This document shows positions 1 to 8,271 of a stretch of 12,706 nucleotides of DNA, piece by piece. The position numbers and the translations under genes are program-made. This DNA comes from an uncultured Phycisphaerales bacterium. GTDB lineage: Bacteria; Planctomycetota; Phycisphaerae; Phycisphaerales; SM1A02. The stretch is taken from positions 1 through 12,706 of the forward strand of contig CALKEP010000060.1 of the NCBI GenBank assembly GCA_938084645.1, given 5' to 3'. Under the pieces are notes generated by a model. The model was not told the DNA's origin and ran no database searches. It was given only the letters and a program-made list of their open reading frames with translations. Within the stretch, counting starts at the first letter, position 1, and each line of letters begins with the position of its first letter.

Positions 1-1
1 C

Positions 2-883
2 GAACGCGGCGAAGGTCACGCGCCGCCCGGATTCGGGGTCGACGAGATCGAACCGACCGCCCGGGCGGGGTCGGTACCGCGGCGATCTTCCACTCGGCAG
101 TACTTCATCCAGAAGGCGAACCACCTCCGCGGGCTCGGGAAGGCGGCCCCCGAGGGTCTTTGCGCGATGCGTGATCGAGCGAGCGAAGGGTACGAGTCGC
201 CTGACGACGGCCTCGTCCGGATCGTCCAACTGAATGCCACGAATGGCCGGATCGAGCGCCCGACGGTATCCGACGATCATCCGGCCGTCCGCGGCATAGA
301 GATAGATGCCCCCTCGCTTCGGATCGACTTCCGTGACCGGCGCGAGATCATCCGGATCGACCGGTGGGCCGATGCGCCAGCGAAGCAGGCAGCCCGGTAG
401 CCGAGGAAGCGTCTCGATCGCGAGAAGCCCCGACGTCGACTCCATGTGACGACGCAGGGACTGGGGCAGTCCTTCGACGATCTCTCCGATGACCGAGTCG
501 GGCGGGGCCTGCGGATCCGTCGGATCGACCCCCCGGGCGATCACCTGGGCCACCGCAGATCCGAGGCGACCACCCTGAGCGATGATTCCCGCGGGCAGTG
601 GCTTCGACGTTGCAAGCTCGAGGAATCCAACCAGGCCCCCGAGCCAACCGGCAAGAACGAACAGAGAAACGATCGTTCCCAGAATCGACCATCCCGGCCG
701 AAGCGATCGAAGGCCCGCCAGCCCCAGTCCGAGCCCCGCGATCGCCGTGATTCCAGCCGTCGGAATCCCCAGCAGTCCCAGAACCGTGGCGGCCCGACCC
801 CGTCGAACCTCGATCGGCGTCGGCATTCCGGGAATCGGGGTGGACCCCGTCGTGGAGTCGGGCTCGCGAGGCGATTTCACCAT
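2..883 (-). CDS. Hypothetical membrane protein with an N-terminal DUF4190-like Gly-rich hydrophobic region; 3' end runs off the left edge
   Basis: Hand translation shows this minus-strand frame open from ATG 883 (alternative ATG 892, directly preceded by an in-frame TAG) to the window edge. It reads [91 protein letters not shown]...[26 protein letters not shown]...[16 protein letters not shown]. There are 2-3 hydrophobic segments followed by a soluble domain. It is absent from the ORF track, presumably because it has no stop in the window. The DUF4190 resemblance is by eye only. Confidence 0.75.
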   Translation of the reverse strand, partial: MVKSPREPDSTTGSTPIPGMPTPIEVRRGRAATVLGLLGIPTAGITAIAGLGLGLAGLRSLRPGWSILGTIVSLFVLAGWLGGLVGFLELATSKPLPAGIIAQGGRLGSAVAQVIARGVDPTDPQAPPDSVIGEIVEGLPQSLRRHMESTSGLLAIETLPRLPGCLLRWRIGPPVDPDDLAPVTEVDPKRGGIYLYAADGRMIVGYRRALDPAIRGIQLDDPDEAVVRRLVPFARSITHRAKTLGGRLPEPAEVVRLLDEVLPSGRSPRYRPRPGGRFDLVDPESGRRVTFAAF

Positions 884-893
884 GCGGACCATC

Positions 894-899
894 TATACT
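894..899 (+). promoter_or_regulatory. Candidate sigma70 -10 element (TATACT) for gcvP in the divergent intergenic gap
   Basis: TATACT is a TANNNT hexamer in the 884-961 gap, 62 nt upstream of the gcvP ATG. No clear -35 element. Confidence 0.35.
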
Positions 900-961
900 C
901 GACGACTTGGATCCACGTCGATCCGACCCTCCATCCCACGATTCGAAAGTTCGCCGACGCC

Positions 962-3892
962 ATGGCCAAGACCACCCCTCAGACGGCTTCGAACCACCTC
1001 CGATCATCGCTCTCGCCGACCGACGACTTCCCCCGACGACACCTCGGGCCGGACGCCGGCGAAACCGATGCGATGCTCTCCGCCCTTGGTCTCGAGCGGC
1101 TCTCGGATCTGATCGCGGAAGCGATTCCCGCCAGCATCCGGGATGGTCGACCACTCGAGCTTCGCGACGACGTGGTGTTCACCGAAGCGCGGACCTCGAC
1201 ACCGGGCGAGCAGGAGGCGCTGGCCTGCATCAGATCGCTTGCGAACCGGAATGAAGTCTGGCGCAGCTACATCGGCATGGGCTATCACGGCACCATCACG
1301 CCCTCGGTGATCCTGCGCACCGTGCTCGAGAATCCGGGGTGGTACACGCAGTACACGCCGTACCAGGCGGAGATCTCCCAGGGACGGCTTCAGGCACTGC
1401 TCAACTTCCAGACGATGATCGCGGATCTCACCGCGATGCCGATCGCGAACGCGTCGCTGCTCGACGAAGCGACGGCCGCCGCGGAAGCGATGTCGATGTG
1501 CGCCACCCAGACCGGGCGCAAGGCGTTCTTCGTCGCCGACGACTGCCACCCGCAGACCATCGGCGTCATCGAGACGCGTGCCAAGGGTCTCGGCATCGAA
1601 GTCCTCATCGGCAACCTCGCGGCGATCGACCTCGAATCGCGCGAGTTCGCAGGCGTCCTGATCCAGTATCCGGCGACGGATGGACGCATCGACGATCACG
1701 GCCCTCTCGCGGAACGCGTTCATGCCGCCGGCGGCATGGTGGTCGTGGCGGCGGATCCGCTCGCCCTGACGCTGCTCACGCCTCCCGGTGAATGGGGCGC
1801 GGACATCGTGATCGGTTCCACTCAGCGATTCGGTGTTCCCATGGGCCTTGGTGGACCCCACGCCGCCTACATGGCCGTCCGGGAGAAGCTCGTTCGACGG
1901 ATGCCCGGCCGACTCATCGGCGTCAGCAAGGACGTCCACGGCGAGCCCGCCCTTCGGATGGCGATCCAGACTCGTGAACAGCACATTCGCCGCGACCGCG
2001 CGACGAGCAACATCTGCACCGCCCAGGTCCTGCTCGCGATCATCGCCGGCTTCTACGGCGTCTACCACGGCCCCGAAGGTCTTCGAAACATCGCGACCCG
2101 GGTTCGATCCCTCTCCTGCACCCTCGCCGAAGGTCTCCGCCGACTCGGTCACGTCATCCACGAGGGACCGTTCTTCGACACCATCCGCGTTCGGCCCAAG
2201 GGCGGCGTCGACACGGTGCTCGAACGACTCGCCGCGAAGCGGATCAACGTGCGCAACTTCGGAGACGGAAGTCTCGGCATCAGCGTCGACCAGACGGTCC
2301 TCGTCGAGGACATCCACGACATCTGGTCGTGCTTCGGTGCCGCCGCATTCGATGTGGACGTGGTTCTCGCCGAAGTCGACACGGACTTCCCCGAAGCGGT
2401 CGCCAGAACGACGGCCTACATGACCCACCCCGTGTTCCATGAGCACCGGACCGAGACCACGCTGCTCCGGTACATCACCGAACTGCAGTCGCGCGACCTC
2501 TCGCTCGCCCACACCATGATCCCGCTCGGCTCGTGCACGATGAAGCTGAATGCGGCCAGCGAGATGGCCCCGGTCACCTGGCCGGAATTCGGCGCGCTCC
2601 ATCCGTTCGCTCCCGAAGAGCAGTGGAAGGGCTACACCGGCCTGTTCGAATCGCTGGAGTCGTGGTTGTCCGAGATCACCGGATTCGCCGGAATCAGCCT
2701 GCAACCGAACGCCGGGAGTCAGGGCGAGTACGCGGGACTGATGACCATCAAGGCGTATCACGAGCATCGTGGCGATCGCAATCGCGACGTCTGCATCATT
2801 CCGCTCTCTGCGCACGGAACCAACCCCGCCAGCGCGGTGGTCGCGGGCATGAAGGTCGTCCCGGTCAAGTGCGACGAATCGGGCGACATCGACCTTGACG
2901 ACCTGAAGACGCAGATCGAAGCGAACCGGGATCGGCTCGCCGCGATCATGATCACCTACCCATCCACCCACGGCGTCTTCGAAGCCGAAGTCCGGACGAT
3001 GTGCGATCTCATCCACGAAGCGGGTGGCCTGGTGTACATGGACGGCGCGAACATGAACGCCATGGTCGGACTGGTCCGGCCCGCCGACATCGGTGCCGAC
3101 GTCTGCCACCTCAACCTGCACAAGACGTTCTGCATCCCGCACGGCGGTGGTGGCCCCGGCATGGGACCGATCGGCGTGACGGATGAACTGAAGCCGTTCC
3201 TCTCGAGCCACCCGGTGATTCGACCCATCGACGCCGGTGAGTTCGCGATGGGACCGGTCTCGGCGGCGCCGTACGGATCTCCGAGCATCCTCCCGATTTC
3301 CTGGATGTACATCGCGATGATGGGCGGCGAGGGACTGACCCGAGCGACCGAGATCTCGATCCTCAACGCCAACTACATGGCCACCCGGCTCACCGGCCAC
3401 TTCGACATCCTCTTCACCAACGAGAACGGTCGCTGCGCCCACGAGTTCATCGTCGACTGCCGCCCCTTCGACAAGTCCGCGGGAATCAAGATCGACGACG
3501 TGGCCAAGCGACTCATGGACTACGGCTTCCATGGACCCACCATGAGCTGGCCGGTTCCCGGGACCCTCATGGTCGAGCCCACCGAGAGCGAGACCCAGGC
3601 GGAACTCGATCGGTTCTGCGACGCGATGATCTCGATCCGCGAGGAGATCCGGGCGATCGAGGAGGGAACGGCCGATCGTGAGGACAACGTCCTCAAGAAC
3701 GCGCCCCACTCCCTGCATGCGGTCACCGGCGACGACTGGACGCACCCGTACACCCGGGCGCAGGCCGCGTATCCCGCGGGCTGGCTCAAGGACCGGAAGT
3801 TCTGGCCGAGCGTCGGGCGGATCGACAACCCCTACGGCGACCGCAACCTGGTCTGCTCGTGCGAAGGCATGGAGTCCTACGCGGAGGGTTGA
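962..3892 (+). CDS. gcvP: Glycine dehydrogenase (decarboxylating), single-chain glycine cleavage system P protein, 976 aa
   Basis: Family motifs: F.RRHLGP near the N-terminus, [97 protein letters not shown]-lysine motif [25 protein letters not shown] and C-terminal GDRNLVCSC. Start placed at ATG 962 (MAKTT...) because the ORF-track extension 446-961 is largely the antisense of the divergent gene. Confidence 0.97.
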   Translation: MAKTTPQTASNHLRSSLSPTDDFPRRHLGPDAGETDAMLSALGLERLSDLIAEAIPASIRDGRPLELRDDVVFTEARTSTPGEQEALACIRSLANRNEVWRSYIGMGYHGTITPSVILRTVLENPGWYTQYTPYQAEISQGRLQALLNFQTMIADLTAMPIANASLLDEATAAAEAMSMCATQTGRKAFFVADDCHPQTIGVIETRAKGLGIEVLIGNLAAIDLESREFAGVLIQYPATDGRIDDHGPLAERVHAAGGMVVVAADPLALTLLTPPGEWGADIVIGSTQRFGVPMGLGGPHAAYMAVREKLVRRMPGRLIGVSKDVHGEPALRMAIQTREQHIRRDRATSNICTAQVLLAIIAGFYGVYHGPEGLRNIATRVRSLSCTLAEGLRRLGHVIHEGPFFDTIRVRPKGGVDTVLERLAAKRINVRNFGDGSLGISVDQTVLVEDIHDIWSCFGAAAFDVDVVLAEVDTDFPEAVARTTAYMTHPVFHEHRTETTLLRYITELQSRDLSLAHTMIPLGSCTMKLNAASEMAPVTWPEFGALHPFAPEEQWKGYTGLFESLESWLSEITGFAGISLQPNAGSQGEYAGLMTIKAYHEHRGDRNRDVCIIPLSAHGTNPASAVVAGMKVVPVKCDESGDIDLDDLKTQIEANRDRLAAIMITYPSTHGVFEAEVRTMCDLIHEAGGLVYMDGANMNAMVGLVRPADIGADVCHLNLHKTFCIPHGGGGPGMGPIGVTDELKPFLSSHPVIRPIDAGEFAMGPVSAAPYGSPSILPISWMYIAMMGGEGLTRATEISILNANYMATRLTGHFDILFTNENGRCAHEFIVDCRPFDKSAGIKIDDVAKRLMDYGFHGPTMSWPVPGTLMVEPTESETQAELDRFCDAMISIREEIRAIEEGTADREDNVLKNAPHSLHAVTGDDWTHPYTRAQAAYPAGWLKDRKFWPSVGRIDNPYGDRNLVCSCEGMESYAEG

Positions 3893-3899
3893 GTGGAAC

Positions 3900-5369
3900 T
3901 CAGCCCAGCCCGAGCCAGCCCGACAGCGAGGCCGCGGCACCGAGGAAGATCAGGAAGCTGATCGAGTCGGTGACCATGGTCAGGAAGATCGTGCTGGCGG
4001 TCGCCGGATCGGCCCCGAGTCGACGCATGAGCAGCGGCAACGCGGTGCCGGTGAAGGTGCCGACGGTCAACGAGCAGGTCATCGAGATCGCGATGACCAC
4101 GCCGAGTCGCCAGGTGTCGCTTCCCGTGAAGAACGAGATCGCGGCGACGAAACTCCCGACCAGCACGCCCGCGATCATCCCGTTGATCGCGCCGACCGCG
4201 GATTCCCGAAGCAGCAGTCGCATCGCGATCCGTTCGTTGACCTGATCGAGGACGATGCCACGCAGCGTCACCGCGAGGGACTGCTGCCCCGCGTTGCCGG
4301 ACTGATTCGCGATCACCGGCATCAAGACCGCGAGGACCGCGATCTCCGCGATCAATCCCTCGAACTGGAGCACCACCAGGGCGCCGATGGAGCTGGTCAC
4401 CAGGTTCACGACCAGCCAGGGAATGCGACTCTTCAACTTCGCCCCGGTCGAGGAGAAGACCATCTCCTCGCGGCCCGCACCCACCATCAACTGCGCGTCC
4501 TCGGTCCCCTCGGCCCGAATCGATTCCAGCACGTCGTCGACGGTGACCACGCCCAGCAGTCGACGCTCGGCGTCGATCACCGGCAGAACCAGATACCCGT
4601 ACTTCTCGAACTCCATCGAGACCGTGTCGCGATCGACGTCGGGGGGGATCGCCGCGACCTCGCGATCGCAGATGTCGGCGATTTGCTCCTTCGGCCCCGC
4701 GATGACCAGCCGTCGCAGACTCACGATGCCGACCAGTCGGTTCTCGTCGTCGACCACGAAGACGTAGTGCGTTTCCTCCTCCGCTTCCGCCTCGCGAATC
4801 GCCCGCACCGCCTCGGTGACCGTCATCTCCTCCCGGATCTTCAGGACGTCGGGCGTCATCAAGCCGCCCGCCGACGCCTCGTCGTACGCGAGGAGATGCC
4901 GCAGCACCGCACGTCCCGCATCGGACATCCGAGCGAGAATCGCCTCTTCCACCGGATCCGGAGACAACTGCAGCAGGTCCGCCGCATCGTCGGTCGGCAT
5001 CGCCTCGATCAACGCCGCGGCATACCCGGGGTCGTCTCGGACGAGATCCTCGAGGACGCTCACCGCCAGTGGACCCACCATGTGGGAGAGCGCCTCTGCG
5101 GCGTTCGCGATCTCCATCTCCTCGAGCACGCCGGCCGCTTCGCCGCCGTCGAGCGTCTCGAGCGTGTCCGCCGCGTCCGCCGGATCCTGGGCCTCGACCG
5201 CCGAGGCGAGCACCGGGACATCGATGGTGTGTTGAAGCAGGCGGCGGACGTGGTCGTCCTCGGGACTCGTCTCCCCCGGATTCTCGATCACCGTCGATCG
5301 TCGCTCGCGGAGCATGTCCCCACCCGGGGGGTCCCCGGCTTCGAATTCGGGATCGGGAGGGTGGGCCAT
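3900..5369 (-). CDS. mgtE: Magnesium transporter MgtE (N-domain, CBS pair, 5-TM domain), about 489 aa
   Basis: Acidic helical N-domain (MPTDDAADLL), linker YDEASAGGLMT, CBS pair (YVFVVDDENRLVGIVSLRRL; LPVIDAERRLLGVVTVDDV), RIPWLVVNL, GNAGQQS and last helix DPATASTIFLTMVTDSISFLIFLG carrying the Mg-binding Asp. Start chosen at ATG 5369 because of the -10-like hexamer 6 nt upstream and because the longer ORF (to 5465) overlaps the divergent gene. Confidence 0.93.
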   Translation of the reverse strand: MAHPPDPEFEAGDPPGGDMLRERRSTVIENPGETSPEDDHVRRLLQHTIDVPVLASAVEAQDPADAADTLETLDGGEAAGVLEEMEIANAAEALSHMVGPLAVSVLEDLVRDDPGYAAALIEAMPTDDAADLLQLSPDPVEEAILARMSDAGRAVLRHLLAYDEASAGGLMTPDVLKIREEMTVTEAVRAIREAEAEEETHYVFVVDDENRLVGIVSLRRLVIAGPKEQIADICDREVAAIPPDVDRDTVSMEFEKYGYLVLPVIDAERRLLGVVTVDDVLESIRAEGTEDAQLMVGAGREEMVFSSTGAKLKSRIPWLVVNLVTSSIGALVVLQFEGLIAEIAVLAVLMPVIANQSGNAGQQSLAVTLRGIVLDQVNERIAMRLLLRESAVGAINGMIAGVLVGSFVAAISFFTGSDTWRLGVVIAISMTCSLTVGTFTGTALPLLMRRLGADPATASTIFLTMVTDSISFLIFLGAAASLSGWLGLG

Positions 5370-5375
5370 GCGCCG

Positions 5376-5381
5376 AGTGTA
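5376..5381 (-). promoter_or_regulatory. Candidate leaderless-transcript -10 element (TACACT) for mgtE
   Basis: Minus strand reads ggTACACT-cggcgc-ATG: a TANNNT hexamer 6 nt before the ATG, with no Shine-Dalgarno. Confidence 0.55.
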
Positions 5382-5413
5382 CCCCGCGCGAACGACGTGC
5401 TTCGTCGTCGACC

Positions 5414-5442
5414 TTGCCAAAGCGAGCGGAAACGACGACGCT
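5414..5442 (+). promoter_or_regulatory. Candidate sigma70 promoter TTGCCA-N17-GACGCT giving a leaderless methyltransferase mRNA
   Basis: TTGCCA at 5414-5419, 17-nt spacer, GACGCT at 5437-5442 (weak -10), then 6 nt to ATG 5449. No SD. Confidence 0.45.
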
Positions 5443-5448
5443 CCATGG

Positions 5449-6285
5449 ATGCCGATCACGACCATCGATCACGCCGAGGATCCTCGCCTCGAGGACTTCC
5501 GGGACATCATGACCCGGGACGGGCGCGGCCCCGACGGTCGGCCCGGCGTGTTCATCGGGGAACAGCCGCTCGTGGTGGAAGCGATGCTCGACCGTCCCGG
5601 CCTCGTTCGTCGAATCCTCGTCGCCGAAAACAAGCGCGACTGGCTCGAACGGATGCTGGAGACGCGCGGCGACCCGGACGTCGAGTCGATCGTCGTGCCG
5701 AAGACGCTCCTCGAATCGACCGTGGGCTTTCCCATCCACCGGGGCATCCTCGCCAGCGGAAACCGCGCCGGGCTCGATGATCGGACGATGGACCAGATCA
5801 TCCCGGCACCGGGCCGACCGACGACGATCCTCGTCTGCGAGTCGATCCGGAACATCGACAACATCGGGATGCTCTTTCGAGTCGCGGCCGCGTTCGGCGT
5901 CGACGGCGTGCTGCTCAGTCCCGACTGCCATGATCCCCTCTATCGCAAGTCGCTTCGCGTCTCCATCGGACACGCCCTGCGGATCCCGTTCGCACGAAGC
6001 ACCGACTGGCCGATGGATCTCGATCGCCTCGGCACCGCGCACGGTCTGTGGCGGATCGGGGCGAGCATCGAGGGAACCTCGACGGACGACGATCGACCCG
6101 TCTCCGTCGCGACCGATCGAGTCGCGGTGTTGATGGGAAGCGAGTTCGACGGACTCGGTCGGGTCGCGACCGACGCCTGCGATCGTCTCGTCCGGATCGC
6201 CATGGCGCCCGGCGTCGATTCCCTCAATGTCGCGGTCGCGGCGGCGATCCTGCTCGACCGCCATTCGACCGCCGATCGACATTGA
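5449..6285 (+). CDS. TrmH/SpoU-family (SPOUT) RNA 2'-O-ribose methyltransferase, 278 aa
   Basis: SpoU motif 1 ESIRNIDNIGMLFRVAAAFGVD, RKSLRVSIG, motif 2 VLMGSEFDGL, motif 3 VRIAMAPGVDSLNVAVAAAILL, plus an N-terminal substrate-binding region (DPRLEDFRD, FIGEQPLVV, GFPIHRG). The RNA target cannot be determined from sequence. Confidence 0.9.
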   Translation: MPITTIDHAEDPRLEDFRDIMTRDGRGPDGRPGVFIGEQPLVVEAMLDRPGLVRRILVAENKRDWLERMLETRGDPDVESIVVPKTLLESTVGFPIHRGILASGNRAGLDDRTMDQIIPAPGRPTTILVCESIRNIDNIGMLFRVAAAFGVDGVLLSPDCHDPLYRKSLRVSIGHALRIPFARSTDWPMDLDRLGTAHGLWRIGASIEGTSTDDDRPVSVATDRVAVLMGSEFDGLGRVATDACDRLVRIAMAPGVDSLNVAVAAAILLDRHSTADRH

Positions 6286-6315
6286 ACATCGCTCCGCTCC
6301 TTTAAACGCCGATGC

Positions 6316-6365
6316 TTCCGGAATTCCGGAACCTTGCGAGGGACGGCCGAACCCGCCTTGCAAGG
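6316..6365. repeat. Perfect 16-bp palindrome TTCCGGAATTCCGGAA followed by two near-identical palindromic 10-mers (CCTTGCGAGG, CCTTGCAAGG)
   Basis: 6316-6331 is (TTCCGGAA)x2 and self-complementary. The 10-mers at 6332-6341 and 6356-6365 differ by one base and start 24 bp apart. All lie in the intergenic region upstream of the protease. The sequence is certain; the function is unknown. Confidence 0.55.
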
Positions 6366-6522
6366 GGGGCGTAGACCCCAGTCGATCGGGTGTTTCACGT
6401 CGGCACCGACCGACCCCCCGCTCGCATCCAATCTCGCGGAACCGTGATCGAAGCCGATCCCGGCAGGCGCCATCGTGGCGCCGCCGCGTCCCCCAGCCTC
6501 CCCCGACAAGGAGTCCGATCCA

Positions 6523-8043
6523 ATGCATGATTCCAATACCCACGGCGAGGCGTACCGCACCACGAAGCGTGGAGGACTTCTCGTCCTCGCCGCGCTCGCG
6601 GGACTCGCGGCGGCGCCGACCCTCCTGGCGGCCGACACCATCACATTCACCGATCCCGGAACGCGAGCCGGTGCCGACCTCGCCGCGCCGACGACGCTCT
6701 CCAGGGCGTTCCGTCACGTCGCGACCACGCTTCGTCCCAGCGTGGTCCAGATCATCTCGATCGATCATCCTCCGTATGCGAATCGCGGCGCTGCGCCGCG
6801 GGCGGGTGGCGACCGGATCCCCGAGCAGTTCCGGGATCTGCTGCCGCCGGGACGTCCCGCACCACCCTCCGATGAACGAGGCGGTCCGGACCGAATGGGT
6901 CAGGGCACCGGCGTGATCGCGAGCGCCGACGGCCTCGTGGTCACCAACAACCACGTGATCGCCGGGGCCGACGAGGTCAAGGTCGTGCTTCACGACGGCC
7001 GGGAGGCGATGGGCACCGTCGTCGGCGCGGATCCCGACACCGATCTCGCGGTCCTCCGCATCGAGGCGTCGGATCTCGTGCCCGCGAAGTTCGGCGACAG
7101 CGAGGAATCGCAGGTCGGCGACTGGGTCATCGCACTGGGAAGTCCCTTCGGCCTCAGTCAGACCGTCACCGCCGGCATCGTGAGCGCGCTCGGACGTGAA
7201 GGCGTCGGCCTCGCACGCTTCGAGAACTACATCCAGACCGATGCCGCGATCAATCCCGGCAACTCGGGCGGACCGCTCGCGAACATCCACGGCGAGGTCG
7301 TCGGGATCAACACCGCGATCTCGAGCGCCGCGGGTGGCAACGACGGTGTCGGATTCGCGATCCCGAGCCGCATGGTCGGCAGGATCGTCAACGACCTGGT
7401 CGACGACGGTACCGTCGAACGAGGATGGCTCGGCGTGAACATCCAGCCGCTCGATCCGGATCTCGCCGCCACGTTCGGGCACGACGCCCGCAGCGGCGTG
7501 CTGGTGGCCGGCGTGGTGGAGGGAACGCCTGCGTCCGACGCGGGGCTCCGTCCCGGCGACATCATCCTCGACATCGAGGGGCGTCAGACCGACACCCCAG
7601 CGGGCCTCGCCCGACGAATCGCGGACTTCACGCCCGACACGGAGGTCACCATCGATTTCCTACGCGACGGAGACGTCCTCAGTCGGGTGGTCCGACTCGG
7701 AACTCGTCCCGGAGCGGGTGGAAGCCCCGTCGCGACCACACCGGCCGCGAACGCCGGCCCCCGACTCGGGCTCGAACTGGCGCCGCTCGACGACGCATCG
7801 CGTGAGGAGGCGTCGCTGAACACCCGTGACGGGTTGTTCGTCAGAGGCGTGCTGGCCGACGGCCCGGCCGCGGCCGCGGGAATCGAACCCGGCGATGCGA
7901 TCCTCCAGATCGACGGCACGTCGGTGACCTCGCTCGAGTCCTTCAGAGCCGCCTTGGAGGCGACGGGAACCGGTGAACGGGTTCGGCTCCTCGTCGAACG
8001 GGCAGGAATGACCAGGTTCGTGGTCGTGAGGACGGGCGACTGA
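6523..8043 (+). CDS. htrA: HtrA/DegP/DegQ-family serine endoprotease with signal peptide and two PDZ domains, 506 aa
   Basis: SD AAGGAG (6508-6513) 9 nt before ATG 6523; signal peptide KRGGLLVLAALAGLAAAPTLLAA; catalytic triad motifs VTNNHVI (His), DPDTDLAVL (Asp) and IQTDAAINPGNSGGPL (Ser); GVGFAIP; PDZ1 from RGWLGV (AGLRPGDII); PDZ2 from PRLGL (AGIEPGDAI). Confidence 0.95.
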   Translation: MHDSNTHGEAYRTTKRGGLLVLAALAGLAAAPTLLAADTITFTDPGTRAGADLAAPTTLSRAFRHVATTLRPSVVQIISIDHPPYANRGAAPRAGGDRIPEQFRDLLPPGRPAPPSDERGGPDRMGQGTGVIASADGLVVTNNHVIAGADEVKVVLHDGREAMGTVVGADPDTDLAVLRIEASDLVPAKFGDSEESQVGDWVIALGSPFGLSQTVTAGIVSALGREGVGLARFENYIQTDAAINPGNSGGPLANIHGEVVGINTAISSAAGGNDGVGFAIPSRMVGRIVNDLVDDGTVERGWLGVNIQPLDPDLAATFGHDARSGVLVAGVVEGTPASDAGLRPGDIILDIEGRQTDTPAGLARRIADFTPDTEVTIDFLRDGDVLSRVVRLGTRPGAGGSPVATTPAANAGPRLGLELAPLDDASREEASLNTRDGLFVRGVLADGPAAAAGIEPGDAILQIDGTSVTSLESFRAALEATGTGERVRLLVERAGMTRFVVVRTGD

Positions 8044-8107
8044 TCGTCGTCCGAAAAGACGGACCAGCAACGATCCGACCTCCCGCACCAACGTGGTGCG
8101 GGACACC

Positions 8108-8153
8108 GGGACCACGGTGGGCGCCCCTCCGCCGTGGTCCCCCTTTTCTTTTT
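8108..8153 (+). terminator. Rho-independent terminator downstream of the HtrA gene
   Basis: GGGACCACGGTGG (8108-8120) pairs with CCGCCGTGGTCCC (8129-8141) as a 13-bp stem with one G-U pair and an 8-nt loop, followed by CC and TTTTCTTTTT (8144-8153). Confidence 0.85.
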
Positions 8154-8178
8154 GAGCTCGAATCCCCGCTCTCTTTCC

Positions 8179-8214
8179 GGAACAGTTCCTCGTCGATCGA
8201 GTCGAAACTATGCT
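8179..8214 (+). promoter_or_regulatory. Candidate promoter region of the ebo cluster: ECF/sigmaE-like GGAACA-N16-GTCGAA overlapping sigma70-like TTCCTC-N17-TATGCT
   Basis: GGAACA 8179-8184, 16-nt spacer, GTCGAA 8201-8206. TTCCTC 8186-8191, 17-nt spacer, TATGCT 8209-8214. Located between the terminator and ATG 8272. Confidence 0.4.
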
Positions 8215-8271
8215 GTCCGGTCCGCCGATCCGCGAGGCCCGGCCCCGCCGGAACGACGAGCGACCATTTCC

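Noticed and set aside
167..400. 77-aa + strand ORF
   Set aside because: It is the codon-aligned antisense shadow of the minus-strand gene at 2-883.
884..900. Leaderless promoter for the minus-strand membrane protein gene (TATAGAT upstream of ATG 883)
   Set aside because: No hexamer fits TANNNT at 6-7 nt spacing. It is suggestive but not supportable.
446..961. 1148-aa GcvP with a novel N-terminal domain
   Set aside because: The extension is low-complexity and R/S/Q-rich, and is the antisense of a plausible minus-strand membrane protein. GcvP-like sequence begins only after ATG 962.
1004..3940. 978-aa minus-strand ORF
   Set aside because: Antisense shadow of gcvP. High-GC codon bias suppresses stops on the opposite strand, and there are no recognisable motifs.
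6328..6465. SigmaE promoter for htrA at GGAACC (6328 or 6438)
   Set aside because: Neither site has a TCAAA- or GTC-like -10 element at 16-17 nt spacing.
3877..7482. 1201-aa minus-strand ORF, and the 700-aa + strand ORF at 3678-5780
   Set aside because: Both are R/G-rich, motif-free and cross several well-supported genes (mgtE, methyltransferase, htrA). These are typical GC-rich artefacts.
8049..8103. Known riboswitch (e.g. c-di-GMP-I) or tRNA in the hairpin region
   Set aside because: The conserved aptamer nucleotides and tRNA D/T-loop motifs are not recognisable. An Rfam scan would be decisive.
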